From the human T2T-CHM13v2.0 reference genome, Homo sapiens: 64,000 nt of DNA. Position numbers and translations under genes: made by a program. The notes below the pieces were generated by a model. It saw only the letters and a program-made list of their open reading frames with translations. It did no database searches and was not told the DNA's origin. This document shows, in pieces, positions 1 to 15,811 of the stretch; within the stretch, counting starts at the first letter, position 1; each line of letters opens with the position of its first letter. The stretch lies in NCBI RefSeq assembly GCF_009914755.1, contig NC_060928.1. One strand, given 5' to 3'.

Positions 1-205
1 TATTCATTTTATTGATGTATTTGTCTACTATTATGTCAAAAATATACTCTCTTCATGACTATAGCTTTATAATAACTCCTGAAATCAGGCAATATAATTC
101 CTCCAACATTGATACTGTATTTTATGAATATTTGAATGATTACTGGTACTATACATTGGCACATATATTGTAGAATATGCTTGAGAATACTGAAAAACCT
201 GTTGA
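1..205 (-). mobile_element. Ancient L1 (L1M-class) ORF2 fragment
   Basis: Resembles antisense L1 ORF2 (ctatagctttataataactcctgaaatcaggcaatataattcctccaac). It appears to resume at ~835 after two sense L1 3' ends. Confidence 0.6.
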
Positions 206-210
206 ATAGC

Positions 211-352
211 TTCAGAGTTTTAGTTTTCAAAATGAGAAGAGTTCTGTAGATGAATGATGGTGATGGTTGCACAAAAATATAAATATATTTAATGCTATTG
301 AACAGTACACTTGAAAAATGGCACATTTTAAGTTTTATGCATTTTACCACGC
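211..352 (+). mobile_element. L1M (L1MB/MC-like) 3' end fragment
   Basis: gttctgtagatgaatgatggtgatggttgcaca...gaacagtacacttgaaaaatgg...attttaccac is typical of L1MB/MC 3'UTR termini. Confidence 0.7.
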
Positions 353-367
353 TTTGAAATATTGCTA

Positions 368-830
368 AACGAATGAATGATGGCTAAACAAAATGTAGGC
401 CATCCATTCAATGGAATATTTTCCACCATAAAAAGGAATGAAGTGCTGATATATGCTACAACATTCATAAACCTTCACAAAAATTATGCTAAGTGAAAGA
501 AATCAGACACAAAAGGACACATAGTGCACATAGTGCATAATTCCATTTATATAAAATGTTCAGAATAGGCAACTCTATAGAGACAAAGTAGATTTGTGAT
601 TGCCAGAGACTGGGAGAAGAAAGGATCTGGGAGTGACTACTAACAGGTACAGGATGTTTTTGAGGGGTTTTGAAAATGTTTTGGAATTGTATGGTGGTGA
701 TGGTTGCACCACCTTGTGAATATATGAAAAAACACTGAATTATACACTTTAGAATTGGGAGTTTTTATGTTATGTAGAATTTTTTGTTATATGATTTAGT
801 TTTCATTTATAAAATGAATAAATGAAAGAA
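368..830 (+). mobile_element. L1MB7/8-like 3' end
   Basis: aatggaatatt...aaaaggaatgaagtgctgatatatgctacaac...gctaagtgaaagaaatcagacacaaaagg...cagaataggcaactctatagagac...ggtggtgatggttgcacc. Confidence 0.8.
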
Positions 831-834
831 AAAA

Positions 835-1620
835 ATTTAATTTGGATTGATTTGAATCTTTCCATCAATATGAAAATAATGAATAATGAATGTTTCATTC
901 ATTTTTAGTGTACAAGTTTTACACATACCTTGTAAATCATACCTAAGAATTTTATGTTTTTGATGTACTTTAAAAGTGGCATTTCAAAAATTGTTTGCAT
1001 TTTTTTCTAGAATACAAAAATAAAATTGATTATTGTTTATTTACCTTTTATCCTATGAGCTTGCTAAGTTTACTTACTAATTAATTATAGTATATTCGGT
1101 GAACAAGGGAGAGTGAAAAATTCCCTAGAATTTTGCAACAGTGCATAGTCTGTATATAGAAAGATGCTAACTTTTCAATCTTTATGTCGTTATTTTACTT
1201 CTTATTAACTAGGATACAACTTTGAATACAATGTTTAATAGAATGGCAAGAGCAGACATTCTTCAGAGAAAGAATTCAATATTTCACCCTTATTATAATG
1301 TTGCTATTGATATTTCATAGATATAATTTGACATTAATTAAATGACCTACTATTTCCAGTTTCCTGAGAGTGTTTAGAAAAAAGTGTGTGTTGAATGTTG
1401 TCAAATGTGTTGTCTTCATCTATTGAGATGATATTATTTTTTCTCATTTATGTGTACATTTATATTAATTTATTTTCAAAAAAAAAATCCAGCCCTGCAT
1501 TCTTGAGATAAACTCAGACTGGTTTTGATGAAAACACTAACATTTTATTAAGGCTATTTGTTTTCATATTTACAAAGAATGTTAATTTGTCATTTTTTAT
1601 GACATTATCTAAATTCATGT
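835..1620 (-). mobile_element. Ancient L1 ORF2 fragment (continuation)
   Basis: Antisense RT-region motifs: aatacaatgtttaatagaatggcaagagcagacattctt; tgttgaatgttgtcaaatg...tctattgagatgat. Confidence 0.65.
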
Positions 1621-2809
1621 TTATCATTTTATCTCTTGGTCATATAAACATGTGTCTGCATATGTTTTTATATAGAAATGTGCATGTATTTGGTTTTGTT
1701 TTGTTGTTTTGTTTTTTTGTTGTTGGATTGTCAGTTTCAGTGAGTTCATTAGTTTGATTTTATAGTGGGAACTGGAGCAGTTCTTTTCTTAACACATGAA
1801 TGAGTCTTTAACAGTCACAGAACTAGAGTCTGGTAAAACACAAGCCATCTATGAGGCTGCCTCCTTCCTTTCCAAATTTATTGCAAAAGATTATGGTGTG
1901 GAACCCTAGACAAAGAAGCAAATTCTTGTCTGGTTTGAATCTTGTCAACAGTGGAGAAAGAAAGTGTGAATTAATCAAGCCAACAACAGCTTACACAACC
2001 CCAGATATCTTTGAAACAACCCTTATTCATTGCTGTCAGAAGAGGAACAACTGCTCTGCCTGCAGGTCTTAGCAGGTGCATCAGTAATGACCTGAATCAG
2101 AATGTGTCTCTTGTGATGTTTGGGATTGCTCAAAAAATAGCCCCCAACCTCCCCTGGCTCTTTTCAGGGAAAGAGGGCATTTGGGGATGTGGAATCTGGT
2201 CCCAAAGATAGCATTCAAGAATTTAGGTCTTTTGTGAGGCTGGACAGAGAGGGATGTGGCCTGATAGCTGTGGTTTCTTCCACAGAGAGTCTCACAGTCT
2301 GGAACAACTGGAAGGCCTCATGATGTGGGCATAGATGGCTTGGGACTAGCCTAACTGGTTGGACCCACTGCTGGGGACCAGATGCTGAAAGGAGACCTGC
2401 TAGGTCAGGATAGTGGGAGCTGGTTTGGCCCCATGGCAAACTGCTGGGCTAAAAACCCCAGCCACCTTTCTTCACCTGAGTTAACTCTGTGGTGCAGCAG
2501 AGGTGCCTCCACTCCACCCTGGTGGGTAGTTGCAGTTGCCTGAGAGCTGCCCCTAGATCCCAACAAAGGCCAATGTTTGACCCGCCATGGAGAGCCTGGT
2601 TGCCAGCTTGCCTGGTCCGGCCTGAACCAGCTTTCCCTCCTCCAGCTGGCTTGGCAGGAGATCACAGGATAGGACCCTGAGAACCCCATGCTCTGCACAT
2701 CATCAGGGATGCACCAGTACTTCCTTCATCAACAAAGGCCAAGTAATGCAACCAGGGCCAGCTTGGCGATATGAAGCTAATCTGCTTGTGCCATTGCTGA
2801 GTGCCCCAG

Positions 2810-3700
2810 CCTATATCCCTGAGATTATGGTGCAGCAGGGCTTTCTCTGCTCTACCCGAGGCTGAAATCCAGGCATTTGGAGTACGCTCTTGCCTGGACC
2901 AGCATCCTGTGATGCCCTATCCTTCATAAATACACATTGTGGTACAGAGGGACCCTTTCCACTCCATGTCCAAGCAGATCTCCAGGCATTTAGAGTGTCC
3001 ACTCATCTAGTTCAGCAGTCTGAGTAACCCCACTCTTCCTGTGCAGGGATCCTGATGCAGGGGGGGACTTTTCTGCTACATGCCCAGGCAGATCTCCAAG
3101 CATTCAGAGCACCAGTTTGCCTGGTCCAGCAGCCTGAGTCACCCTACTCCTTCTGTACAGAAATCTCAGTTCAGGGGGCCATCTCAGCTCCATGCTTAGG
3201 CATATATCCAGGCATCAGAAACACCCACAGACATGGAGCAGCGGCCTGACCTGCTCCATACTTCCTAAGCAGAGATCCTGCTGCAGAGAGGCCCTCTTTG
3301 CTTGCTGCCCAGGTAGATTACCAGGCATTAGGATCATCCACTCATCAGGTTCAGAAGCCTGAGCTGCCTCATCATTCCTGGACATAGATCATGGTGCAGA
3401 GAGGCCTTCACTCCATTCTCAAGTAGATCTCCAGGCATTTGGAGCACCAACTCACACGGATCAGTAGCCTGAATTGCCTGACCCTTTCTGTGCAGAGATC
3501 TTGCTGCAGGGTGGCCATCCCCACTCCATGCCCAGAGAGATCTGCAGGCAAATGGACCACCCACTCCCTTGGATTAAGGGTTTAGGCTGCTCCTCATCCC
3601 TGTGCAGAGAACATGGGGCAAAGGAGGCTTCACACCTCCACACATGGGCACATTACTGGGCACTCAGCAGTGGCCCACTGGATTCTCTCCAAGTAATGCT
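2810..3700 (+). repeat. Degenerate ~113-bp tandem array (8 units) in L1 5'UTR
   Basis: The anchor CCAGGCATT-like motif recurs at 2869, 2982, 3096, 3208, 3321, 3431, 3544 and 3656 (spacing 110-114). Confidence 0.9.
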
Positions 3701-4158
3701 GATTGTTTCAGCCATTGGGGCCATGTAGGTGGACCTGCGTAGTCTGGCCCCACCCTTTATGATGTCCCCCCACCCACATGGGGTTCAGCAGAGAACTCAG
3801 ACCACTGGGCACCCCATTAAGCAGCCCATTGCTTTAGGCAACAGAGAACTTCTGCCAGTAAGCAAGGATCAAGTATATACCCAGCATATTGGCAACAGAG
3901 GGCTCTTACCCATAAGTGCCATCTACTGGCTTGTAGGTCAAACTGCACAGCCCAATATAAAACTTGCCAAAAGAAATGCCTAGGGCTATAGAAGCAAAGA
4001 CAAAAGACCCTACCCAGCGTTCTCTACAATCACTTCCCCAAGGAGTAGGGGAAGGGAAAGGGAAATAATAATAATAATAAGTATGAAAGAAAAAGAAAAA
4101 ATCATAACCTCATGGAAATAATTACAATAATTAGAAATGCCAGCATCTCCAGATAAGA

Positions 4159-5200
4159 AGGAACCAGCACAAGAATTCTGGCACCATGAAAAATCTTAAT
4201 ATAGTGACACTACCAAAAAATTGCACTACCTCCTTAGCAGTGATCTTTAACCAAATTGGTAACTCAGAAATGAGAGATGGATAACTCAAAGCATGGATTG
4301 CAAGGAACCTCAATGATATCCAAGACAAAGTTAATAATCAAAACAAATAAACTTCTAAAGCAATCCAGGAAATGATGGAAGAGATAAACATGAAAATTAA
4401 TCAATCAGAGCTTCAGGAATAAAAAACTTACTCAAGAAATTTCCAAATACAATTAAAGCTTTATCAATAGACTGGACCAAGCAGAAGAAAGAATTACAGA
4501 GCTTGAAGTCCAGCCTTTCCAAATAAACCATTCAGACAAAAATAAAGAAAAAGAAATTTTTGAAAAATCAAGTCTTCAAGAAATATAGGATTATGTAAAG
4601 CCATTAAACTTATGAATTATTGGCATTACTGAGAGAGAATAAGAAAAGTAAACAACCTGGAAAACACATTTGAGGGTATAATTCAAGAAAATTTACTGAA
4701 TTTTGCTAGAGATGTAGACATCAAGATACAAGAAATCTAGAGAACAACTGCAAGGTATTATTTAAAAAACTAACATCACCAAAGCATGTAGTCACCAGAT
4801 TATGCAAGCTCAATGCTAAAGAAAAAAATCTTAAAGACAGCTAAAGGAAAAGGTTAGATAACATTCAAAGGGAACCCCATCAGGCTAACAGAAGACTTCT
4901 CAACGGAAACCTTACAATCTCCAGAGGAGACTGAGGGCCTATTTTTAGCATTCTTAAAGAACATAAATTTCAGCCAAGTATTTATTACCCCACCAAACTA
5001 AGCTTTGTAAGCAAAGGAGACATATAAACTTTTCCTGATATGCAAGCACTAAGGGAATTTATTACCACTAGACCGGCCTTAAAAGAGATCCTTAAGGGAG
5101 TTCTAAACATGGGGGGAAAAGGACAACACCTGCTAAAACAAAAAACACACTTAATGTGCATATCCTGCAGATCCTATAAAGCAACCAGACAATAGAAACC
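4159..5200 (+). pseudogene. Decayed L1 ORF1
   Basis: ORF1 motifs aatagactggaccaagcagaagaaagaattacagagcttgaag (RLDQAEERITELE) and aagggaaccccatcaggctaacagaagacttctca (KGNPIRLTEDFS), with many stops and frameshifts. Confidence 0.8.
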
Positions 5201-8200
5201 ACAAAGCAATGAGCAAATAACTTCATGATAGAATCAAAACCTCGTATGTAAATATTAACCTTGAATGGAAGTAGTCTAAATACTCCACTTAAAAGGTAAA
5301 GAATAAGAAGATGGATTAAAAAATAAAACCCATCTTTCTGCTGTCATCAAAAGACCCATCTCACACATAATGACACCCATAGACTCAAAGTGAAGGAAAG
5401 GGATCTATCATGCATGAAACAAAGAAGAGCAGGGGTTACTATTCTTATATCAGATAAAACAACTTTAAAGCAACAATAGTAAAGAAAAAGGGCAAAGAAA
5501 GGCAATGCATAATGATGAAGGGTTAAATTCAACAAGAAGACTTAACTCTCCTAAATGTATATATATAGCCAACGTCAGAGCACCCAAGTTAATTAAACAA
5601 AGTATTTCTAGGCCTACAAAAAGACTTAGACAGCCACAAAATACTAGTGGGGAACTTCAACATCTCATTCATAGATGCATGAGACAGATCATTGAGGGAG
5701 AAATCTACAAAGAAATTCTGGACTTTCAACCTGACACTTGACCCACTGGACCTAATAGACATCTACAGAATACTCTCCCCATCAACTTCAGAATTTACAT
5801 TCTTGTCATCTGCTCATGGAACATACTGCAAGATCAATCACATGTTCAGCCATAAAGCAAGTCTAAATAAATTAAAAAGCAAAATTATACCAACCATATT
5901 TTTGAACGACAGTAGAATAAAAATAGAAATCATTACCAAAAATATCTCTCAATTCACACAATTACATTGGAAATCACATAACTTGCTCCTGAATGACTTT
6001 TGGGTAAACAACAAAATTAAGACAGAAATTTAAAAAAAGTTCTTTGAAATAAGTGAAAACAGAGACACAACTTACCAAAATCTTTGGGATGCACCAAAAG
6101 CAGTGTCAAAAGGAAATTTTATAGCGCTAAATGCCTATGTTAAGAAGACAAAAATATCGCAACTTAATTATCTAACTTCATGCCTAGAGAAACTAGTAAA
6201 ACAAGAACACCACCCAAAAGCTAGCAGAAAATAAATAACTAAAATGAGAGTGGAACTGAAGAAAATTGAGATCCTCAAATCCATACAAAAGATCAATAAA
6301 ACCAAAAGTTAGTTTTTTGAAATGATAAAAAAGATTGATAGACTGATAGCTAGATTAACAAAGAAACAGAAAGAGAAGATCCAAATAAACACACCAGACA
6401 TGACAAAGATGACATTACAACAAATCCAACAGAAATACAAAAGATACTCAGAGAATATTATGAACACCTCTACACACAAATGAGAAAAATCTAGAGAAAA
6501 TGGATAAATTCCTGGAAACACACAAGTTCCCAAGATTGAATCAGGAATAAGTTGAAACACTGAACAAACAAATGTCGAGTTTTGATATTGCATCAATAAT
6601 TAAAAACCTATGAACCAAAGACAAAAATAAAATAAAAATTATACAGCAGCTAGATTCATAGCCAAATTCTACCAGACATGCAAGGAGCTCGTCCACTTCT
6701 ACTAAAACTATTCCAAAAAATCAAGGAGGAGGTACTCCTTCTTAACTTATTCTACAAAGCCAGCATTATTTCCTGATTTCAAAGCCCAGCAAAAACACAA
6801 TGAAAAAAGAAAACTATAAACAAATGTCACTCAGGCACATAGATGTAAAAATCCTCAACAAAATACTAGCAAACTGAATTCAATAGCATACAAAAAAATT
6901 AATTCCCCATAACTCAAGTAGGCTATATTCTTGGGATGTAAGGTTAGTTCAACACATGCAAATCAATAAATGTGATTCACCACATAAAGAGTTAAAAACA
7001 AAACTCCTCAAAATATAGCAGTCATCTATGACAAACACACAACCAACAACTTACTGAATTTGCAAAACTGGAACCATCCTCCTTAAGAATTGGAACAAGA
7101 CGAGGTTGCCCACTCTTACCACTTCTATTTATCATAGTATTGAAAGTACTAGCCAGCCAATAAGAGAAGAGAAAGAAATAAGAGACACCCAAATACATAA
7201 AGAAAAAAGCAAATTCTTTCACTTCATGGACAATATAATCCTGTACCTAAAAAACCCAAAAGATTTCTGGGACTGATAAACTACTTCAGTAAAGTTTCAA
7301 AATACCAAATAAACATACAAAAATCAGTAACATTTCTATACATCAATATGTTTAAGCTGAGAACCAAATCAAGAAGGCAATCCCATTTACAACAGCCAAA
7401 AAATAAAATAATGTAGTATACCTAGGAATTCAGTTAACCAAGGAGGTAAAAGATCTCCATAAGAAGAACTGCAAAACACTTCTAAAAGAAATCACAGTTG
7501 ATACAAACAAACGGAAAAACATTTTATGCTCATGGATTGGAATAATGAGTATCATTAAAATGGCCATACTGCCCAACAAAATCTACAGATTCAGTGCTAT
7601 TTCTATCAAGCTACCAATGCCACTTTTTACAGAACTAGAAAAAACTACTCTAAAATTCATACTGAACAAAAATATGCCATAATAAAAAATTGTTTGAAAT
7701 GAATGAAAACAGAGACACAACATATCAAAACCACTGCTATACCACAAAAGAAATGTGAAAAGGAAAGCTTATAGTGTTTATAGTGTTAAAGGCGTATATC
7801 AAAAAGAAATAAGGATCTCCAATTAACAACCTAACTTCACACCTCAAGGAAATAGAAAAACAAGAATAAAACACACCCAAAGCTAGCAGAAGAAAAGAAA
7901 TAACAAAGATCAGAGCAAAACTCAATAAAATTGAGACATAATTACAATAGACCAATAAAAGGAAAAGTTGGGTCTTTCAAAAGATAAACAAAATTGATAG
8001 ACTGCTACATAGATTAACCAATAAAAAGGAGAGAAGATTCAAATAAGCACAATGACAAAGGTGACATTGCAACTGATACCATTGAAATACAAAAGATCAT
8101 CAGAGATTAATATGAACATTTATATGTACACAAACTAGAAACTCTAGAGGAAATGGATAAATTCCTGGAAACATACAACCTTCCAAGACTGAACCAGTAA

Positions 8201-8532
8201 GAAATAGAAATCCTGAACCTATTAATAATGAATAATGAATTTGAATAAGTAATAAAAATAACTTCCAACACACACACACACACACACACGCCAGGACCAG
8301 ATGGATTCACAGCGAAATTTTTCCAGATGTAAAAAGATGAGCTGGTTTCAATCTTACTGAAACTATTCCAAATAATCACGGAGGAGGGATTGGTGCCTAG
8401 TTCATTCTACAAAACGAGTATCACCCTGATATGAAAATCAGGCAATGACAAAAAAAAAAAAAAGGAAGCTACAGCCCAATATTCCTAATGATCATAGATG
8501 CAAAACTTTTCAGCAAGAAACTAGCAAAGTGT

Positions 8533-8832
8533 GGCCGGGCAGGGTGGCTCACACCTGTAATCCCAGCACTTTGGAAACCAAGACAGGAGGATCGCTTGAG
8601 CCCAGGAGTTCGAGACCAGCTGTTCAACATGGCGAAACCCCATCTCTACAAAAAATACAAAAATTAGATGAGCATGGTGGTGCATGTCTGTAGTCCCAGC
8701 TACTAGAGAGGCTGAGGTGGGAGGATCGCTTAAGCTTAGGAGTCAGAGTTTGCAGTGAGTCGAGATTGTGCCACTGCACTCCAGTCTGTCTCAAATAAAA
8801 ATTTTTAAAATAAAATAAAATCGAAAAGAAAA
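8533..8832 (+). mobile_element. AluJ
   Basis: J-type gaggatcgcttgagcccaggagttcgagacc. TSD AAGAAACTAGCAAA(G/A)TG at 8515-8531 and 8833-8849. Confidence 0.92.
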
Positions 8833-10424
8833 AAGAAACTAGCAAAATGAATCCAATAGCACATCAAAAAGATAACTCATCATGATCAAGTGGATTTCAT
8901 TCCAGGGATGCAAGGTTGTTTCAACATATACAAGTCAACAAATGTGATTCACCACATAAATAGAATTAAATACAAAAACCACATGATCATCCCATTAGGG
9001 GCAGAAAAAACATTTGATACAATCCAACATCCTTTCTTGATAAAAAGAAAACCTTCAACAAACTAAGCATTGAAAGAGTGTACCTCAAAACAATAAGAGC
9101 TATATATGGCAAACCACATTCAACATCATAATGAATGGGGAAAAGTTGAGAGCATTCCCCCTAAAAAATGGAACTAGACAAGGATGTCCACTCTCACCAC
9201 TCGTATTCACCATAGTACTGGAATTAATTCCTAGTCAGAGCGATCAGGCAAGAACAAGAAATAAAAGGCATCCAAATTGGAAAAGAGGAAATCTGATTAT
9301 TTCTGTTTACTGATTATGTGATCTTATACCTTAAAAGCCCTAAAGCCTCCTCCAAAAGACTAGAATTGAGAAGTGAATTCAGTAAAGTTTCAGGATATAA
9401 AATCAGCATACAAAAATCAGTAGCGTTTCTATACACCAATAACGTTCAAGATGACAACCAAATCAAAATCTCAGTGATGTTTACAATAGCCAGAAAGAAA
9501 AATAAAATACCTAAGAATACATTTAACCAATAAGATGAAAGAGCTGTAGAAGGAGAAATGCAAAACACTAATAAAAAAATAGCTGACACAAACAAATTGA
9601 AAAACATCCCATGATCATTGACTGGAAGAATCAATATTTTGAAAATAACCTTACTTTTCAAAACAATCTATGGATTCCATGCAATTCCTATCAAAGTACC
9701 ATCAGTCTTCAAAGAATTACAATAAAACTTAAAATGTATGTAGAGCAACAATAATAACAAAAATTTTGAATAGCTAAAGCAATCCTAAACAAAAGGATCA
9801 AAGCCAGAGGCATCAATCACATTATCTGACTTCAAATTATATTATGGGGCTGTATTAATAACATGGTACTGGTACAAAAATAGAATCATAGATCAATGGA
9901 CCATAATAGAAAACCTAGAAATAAAGCCACATACCTACAACCAACTGATATTGACAACATCAACAAAAATAAACAATAGGAAAAGGAAACCCTATTCAAT
10001 AAATGGTGCTGGGAAAATTGACTAGCCATATGCAGAAGAATGAAACTGCGAAACTGCGTATAGCTAGCCAATTATATCTCAACATATATATCTCACCATA
10101 TATAAAAATTAACTCAATATGGATTAAAGACCAAAATGTAAACCTGAAAATATAAAAGTCACAGAAGACAATTAAGGAAAAACTCTTCTGGACATTGGCC
10201 TAGGCAAATAATTTATTACTGAGACCCTAAAAGCAAATGCAACAAAACCAAAATTAGACAAATGGTATTTAATTAAACTAAAAAGCTTCTTCACAGCAAA
10301 AGAAATAACAGAAAAAACAGAGAACATACAGGATGGGAGAAAATATTTACAGTTTATGCCTCTGACAGAATATTAATATCCAGAATATAAAGGAACCAAA
10401 ACAACTGAACAAGAGAAACACAAG

Positions 10425-11720
<1,296 letters not shown>

Positions 11721-12071
11721 ATAGGGCAAAGGATATGAAAACACATTATTCAAAAGAAGACTTATAAATGGCCAACAGGTAAATTTTAAAAAAGCTCCAC
11801 ATCACTAATCACCAGAGAAATTCAAATTGAAACCACATTGAGATACCATGTTTTACCAGTCAATATGACTACTATAAAAAAGTCAAAAACAACAGATGTT
11901 GGCATGGATACAGAGAAAGGAGAACTCTTATACACAGTTGGTAAGAATGTAAATTAGTACAACCTCTATGGAAAATAGTATAGAGAATTCTCAAAGAACT
12001 GAAAATAGAACTATATTTGACCCAGCAATCCCACTAATGGGTTTCTATCCAAAGGAAAGGAAAAACTGTTA

Positions 12072-12451
<380 letters not shown>

Positions 12452-14324
12452 TCAGTGGTGGATTGGATAAAGAAAATGTCTATATGTACACCATGGAATA
12501 TTATGCAACCAAAAAAGGGGGAAAATCATGTCATTTGCCCCAATATGGATTGAACTGGAGGCCATTATCCTAAGTAAAATAACTCAGAAACAGAAAATTG
12601 AATATTTAATGTTCTCTCTTTAAGTGGGATCTAAATAATGGGTACATTTGGACATAAAATGGTAATAATGAACACTGGGAACTCCAAAAGCAGGGAGGGT
12701 GGAGGGGGGTGGTGAGGGTTAAAAAATTACCCATTGGGTACAATGTTCAAACCTCACCATATACAATATATACATTTTAAAAACCTTCCCTCTGAATCTA
12801 AATTTAAAAAAAATTAAAGGATTTAGATCCTATCTTCATAGTTGCCAGGCTGACAGGATTTGGGACTCCTAGGCAAAATGTGACCCACCAATCTTTTGCC
12901 AATGTATGGATAAAACCTGTTATACATTGACATTCAGTGTTACCTAAATTAAAACAACTGAATTAGCCTTAAATTGTACCCATCGCCTTTATAGCTATGG
13001 TGTGTGGATTTAACTCTTGCGGGCACTTCAGAAAAAATGAAAAGAAGTTTCATACCAAGATGGATTTTGTTGTTGTTTTCATTAGTTTATTTAGCCTAGG
13101 CCCAAATGAGGAATGGAGATTTTCTCAGATACTTATTTCTAAGGCATATAGGATTTCTGTTACTTACAACTGAGTGAATCTTGACAAATTTACTTTGTTA
13201 ATGTAAGTCTGTTTTAGTGCAACCGATTCAATAAGTAGGCAATATTACGCTTTCATACCTGACAGCCAGTCACAGCTGAGGGCTCCGTGTGAATGTGCCA
13301 GGGTGAATGCTACTTGCATGAAATTCCTTGCAGTAAAAGAGCATTTTTTTTTTTTTTTTTCTGTCCAGACCCTCTGCTTCACCTGTCCTGGGAAACTTTT
13401 ATTTTAAAAAGTTAAATGTATCTTTTCTCTTAGACATTATTCAGTAGGCAATCATTCTATAATGATTTTTCAATTTATCTTTTTGAAATACTTATAAAAA
13501 GAGCAAGCAATTTTATACTGTCACCTTAACCCTTACACAAATACTTTTTCTTGACCTTCATTTGAACTGGGAGAATGACAAGAATTTCATAAATATTCTC
13601 AAAGCACAAAGTCTTGTCAATTTTTTTTTTTTTTGGTATTTCATTTGGGCCTTAGCTGTCAGTATTGCACCTGTTAAGATATTTTGCACACACATATTAG
13701 TAGATTTGACATTTTTAAGATAGCTACTGTCAATAAAAATTATAGGTATTTATTTTAAATAATGTGGTTGGAAATCATCCAGCAGAACTTGGCAGAATAA
13801 AAGCCAGATCAGAATGAAAGCAAAAGCTCCTCCCCCAAGTATTTCTTTTTCATACAGTGCCAGGAGTCTAATAAATATTTAAGTATATTTTTATCTCTAT
13901 TAATTAGTGAATTAATAATAAACATAGTATCAATGCAAGATATTAATCTATGAAAAAATATTTATAATGTTACAAATTAATTTTCAAATGATATAGTTTT
14001 AAAATAAATTTTATTAATTTATCTCAGTCATAATTCATTAAATATGGTCAAACTTATTCCTTTTAGTGTTTTATTTCATTTTAATTAAAATATAGTGCAT
14101 TATCTTGATTTAAAATAGCAAAAAGGATAAAATTCTCTCAACCAAAAGCTAATCTTTTCATTCCCATAATTAACTGAATTAATACATACATACACACACA
14201 AACACATTCTGTATCCACAAATTATATTACAATGAAACACTGTTATTATACTTACTTTTTTATTTAACATTTATTTAAACACATTTTAAAATTATTTTCC
14301 ATATAAATTTACCTCCTTTTTTTG

Positions 14325-15040
14325 TTAAACTGTATAAAACACATATAACATAAAATTTATCATCTTAACTATTTTTAAGTGTACATTTAGTATTATTAAA
14401 TATATTCACATTGAGCAACGGATCCCAGAACTTTTTCAAATTGCAATACTGAATGTTAATATCCATTAAATAGTTACTCCCCATTTTAAACCCCCTCCAG
14501 CTCGTGGAAACCACAATTCTACTTTCTGTTTCTGTGAATTTGAACACCCTAGATACCTAGATGAATCAAACAGTAGTTGTCTTTTGTGACTGGTTTATTT
14601 ATTTCACTACAGTATAATGTTTTTGATGTTCATCTATATTGTACTTGTGTCAGAATTTACTTCCTTTTTGAGGCCAAATGACATTCCATTATAGATATAT
14701 AGCACATTTTGTTTTCTCAATTATCCATCAATGAACCCTGGGGTTGTTTTTACCTTCTGGCTATTGTGAATAATGATTCTGTGAACATGAATGAATAAAT
14801 ATCTTTTTGAGACCCTGCTTTTCATTATTTGGGCATACACCCAGAGAGACTTGCTGGATCATATGATGATTATGATTTTTAATTTTTTGAGGAACTGCAA
14901 TACTGTTTTTCATTACAGCTGCACCGTTTTATATTCTTATTAATAGTGTCAAAGGGCTCCAATTTTTCCACAACCTCATCAACAATTATTATTTTCTACT
15001 TTTTTTTATGTTAGTCATCTTGATGAGTGTGAGATTCTAT
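14325..15040 (-). mobile_element. L1MB (L1MB3-like) 3' end
   Basis: acatataacataaaatttatcatcttaactatttttaagtgtaca...ctttctgtttctgtgaatttga...ttgaggaactgcaatactgtttt. Confidence 0.8.
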
Positions 15041-15811
15041 TTCCCCGTTTAAATGCTGTATAGGGTTTTATATGATTATATTATTGGTTATTTGGCAGTG
15101 TGATTTTTGATGAACATTATGATTATTTCTATGCTCAATGCTGAAATAGGAGCCTTATCCATACATGTTTGTGTACTTATGCAAATATATCATAATTACA
15201 TACATTTTTATGAGTGGATTTTCTATGTCAAAGTATAAATGTATTCACATTTAGGAAAATTAAAATATAAATTGTTCTGTATTTTTTTAATTTTTTATTT
15301 TTGAATCTTTATGCTAAGAGAAAGACATTTTCTCCTGCCCCCTTTATCCCAACAGAAATGATTTTACCAAATATCCTCTAAAAGTGCTCAGCTATTTTGT
15401 AGTCTCAGCAAAAGGAGGAAATAGGGGCAACGGTCTTCCATAACCCTTACTAGTCTTTGTTGGTAGGGTGGGCTAATATTTCCTCATTTTGATTCTCTTG
15501 CTTCAATAATAATTTTGCGATTAATTGATTTTTATATTCATTGGCCATTTGTTTCTTTTTTTAACTTTTGTGAAATATTCACATTTTAGGGCCTTTTTTA
15601 CATTATGGTTTTGTATTTTTTAATTGATTTATGAAAACTTCTTGAAAATTTAAAATACTAGTTCACTTTTTGCCATATTAGCTGCAAGTACTAATTTTGT
15701 ATTTGGTTAAGAAATATCAATTTCATTGTTTTGTTTTTTTTTCCCAAAAAACAGCATTTGGTTTTATTATTTATAATTTCTTATTACAATTTTAATAATT
15801 TGTTTACTGAT

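Noticed and set aside
2810-3700. Regularly spaced repeats resembling a CRISPR array
   Set aside because: Whole units are mutually similar (no unique spacers), the array sits in an L1 5'UTR, the DNA is eukaryotic and there are no cas genes.
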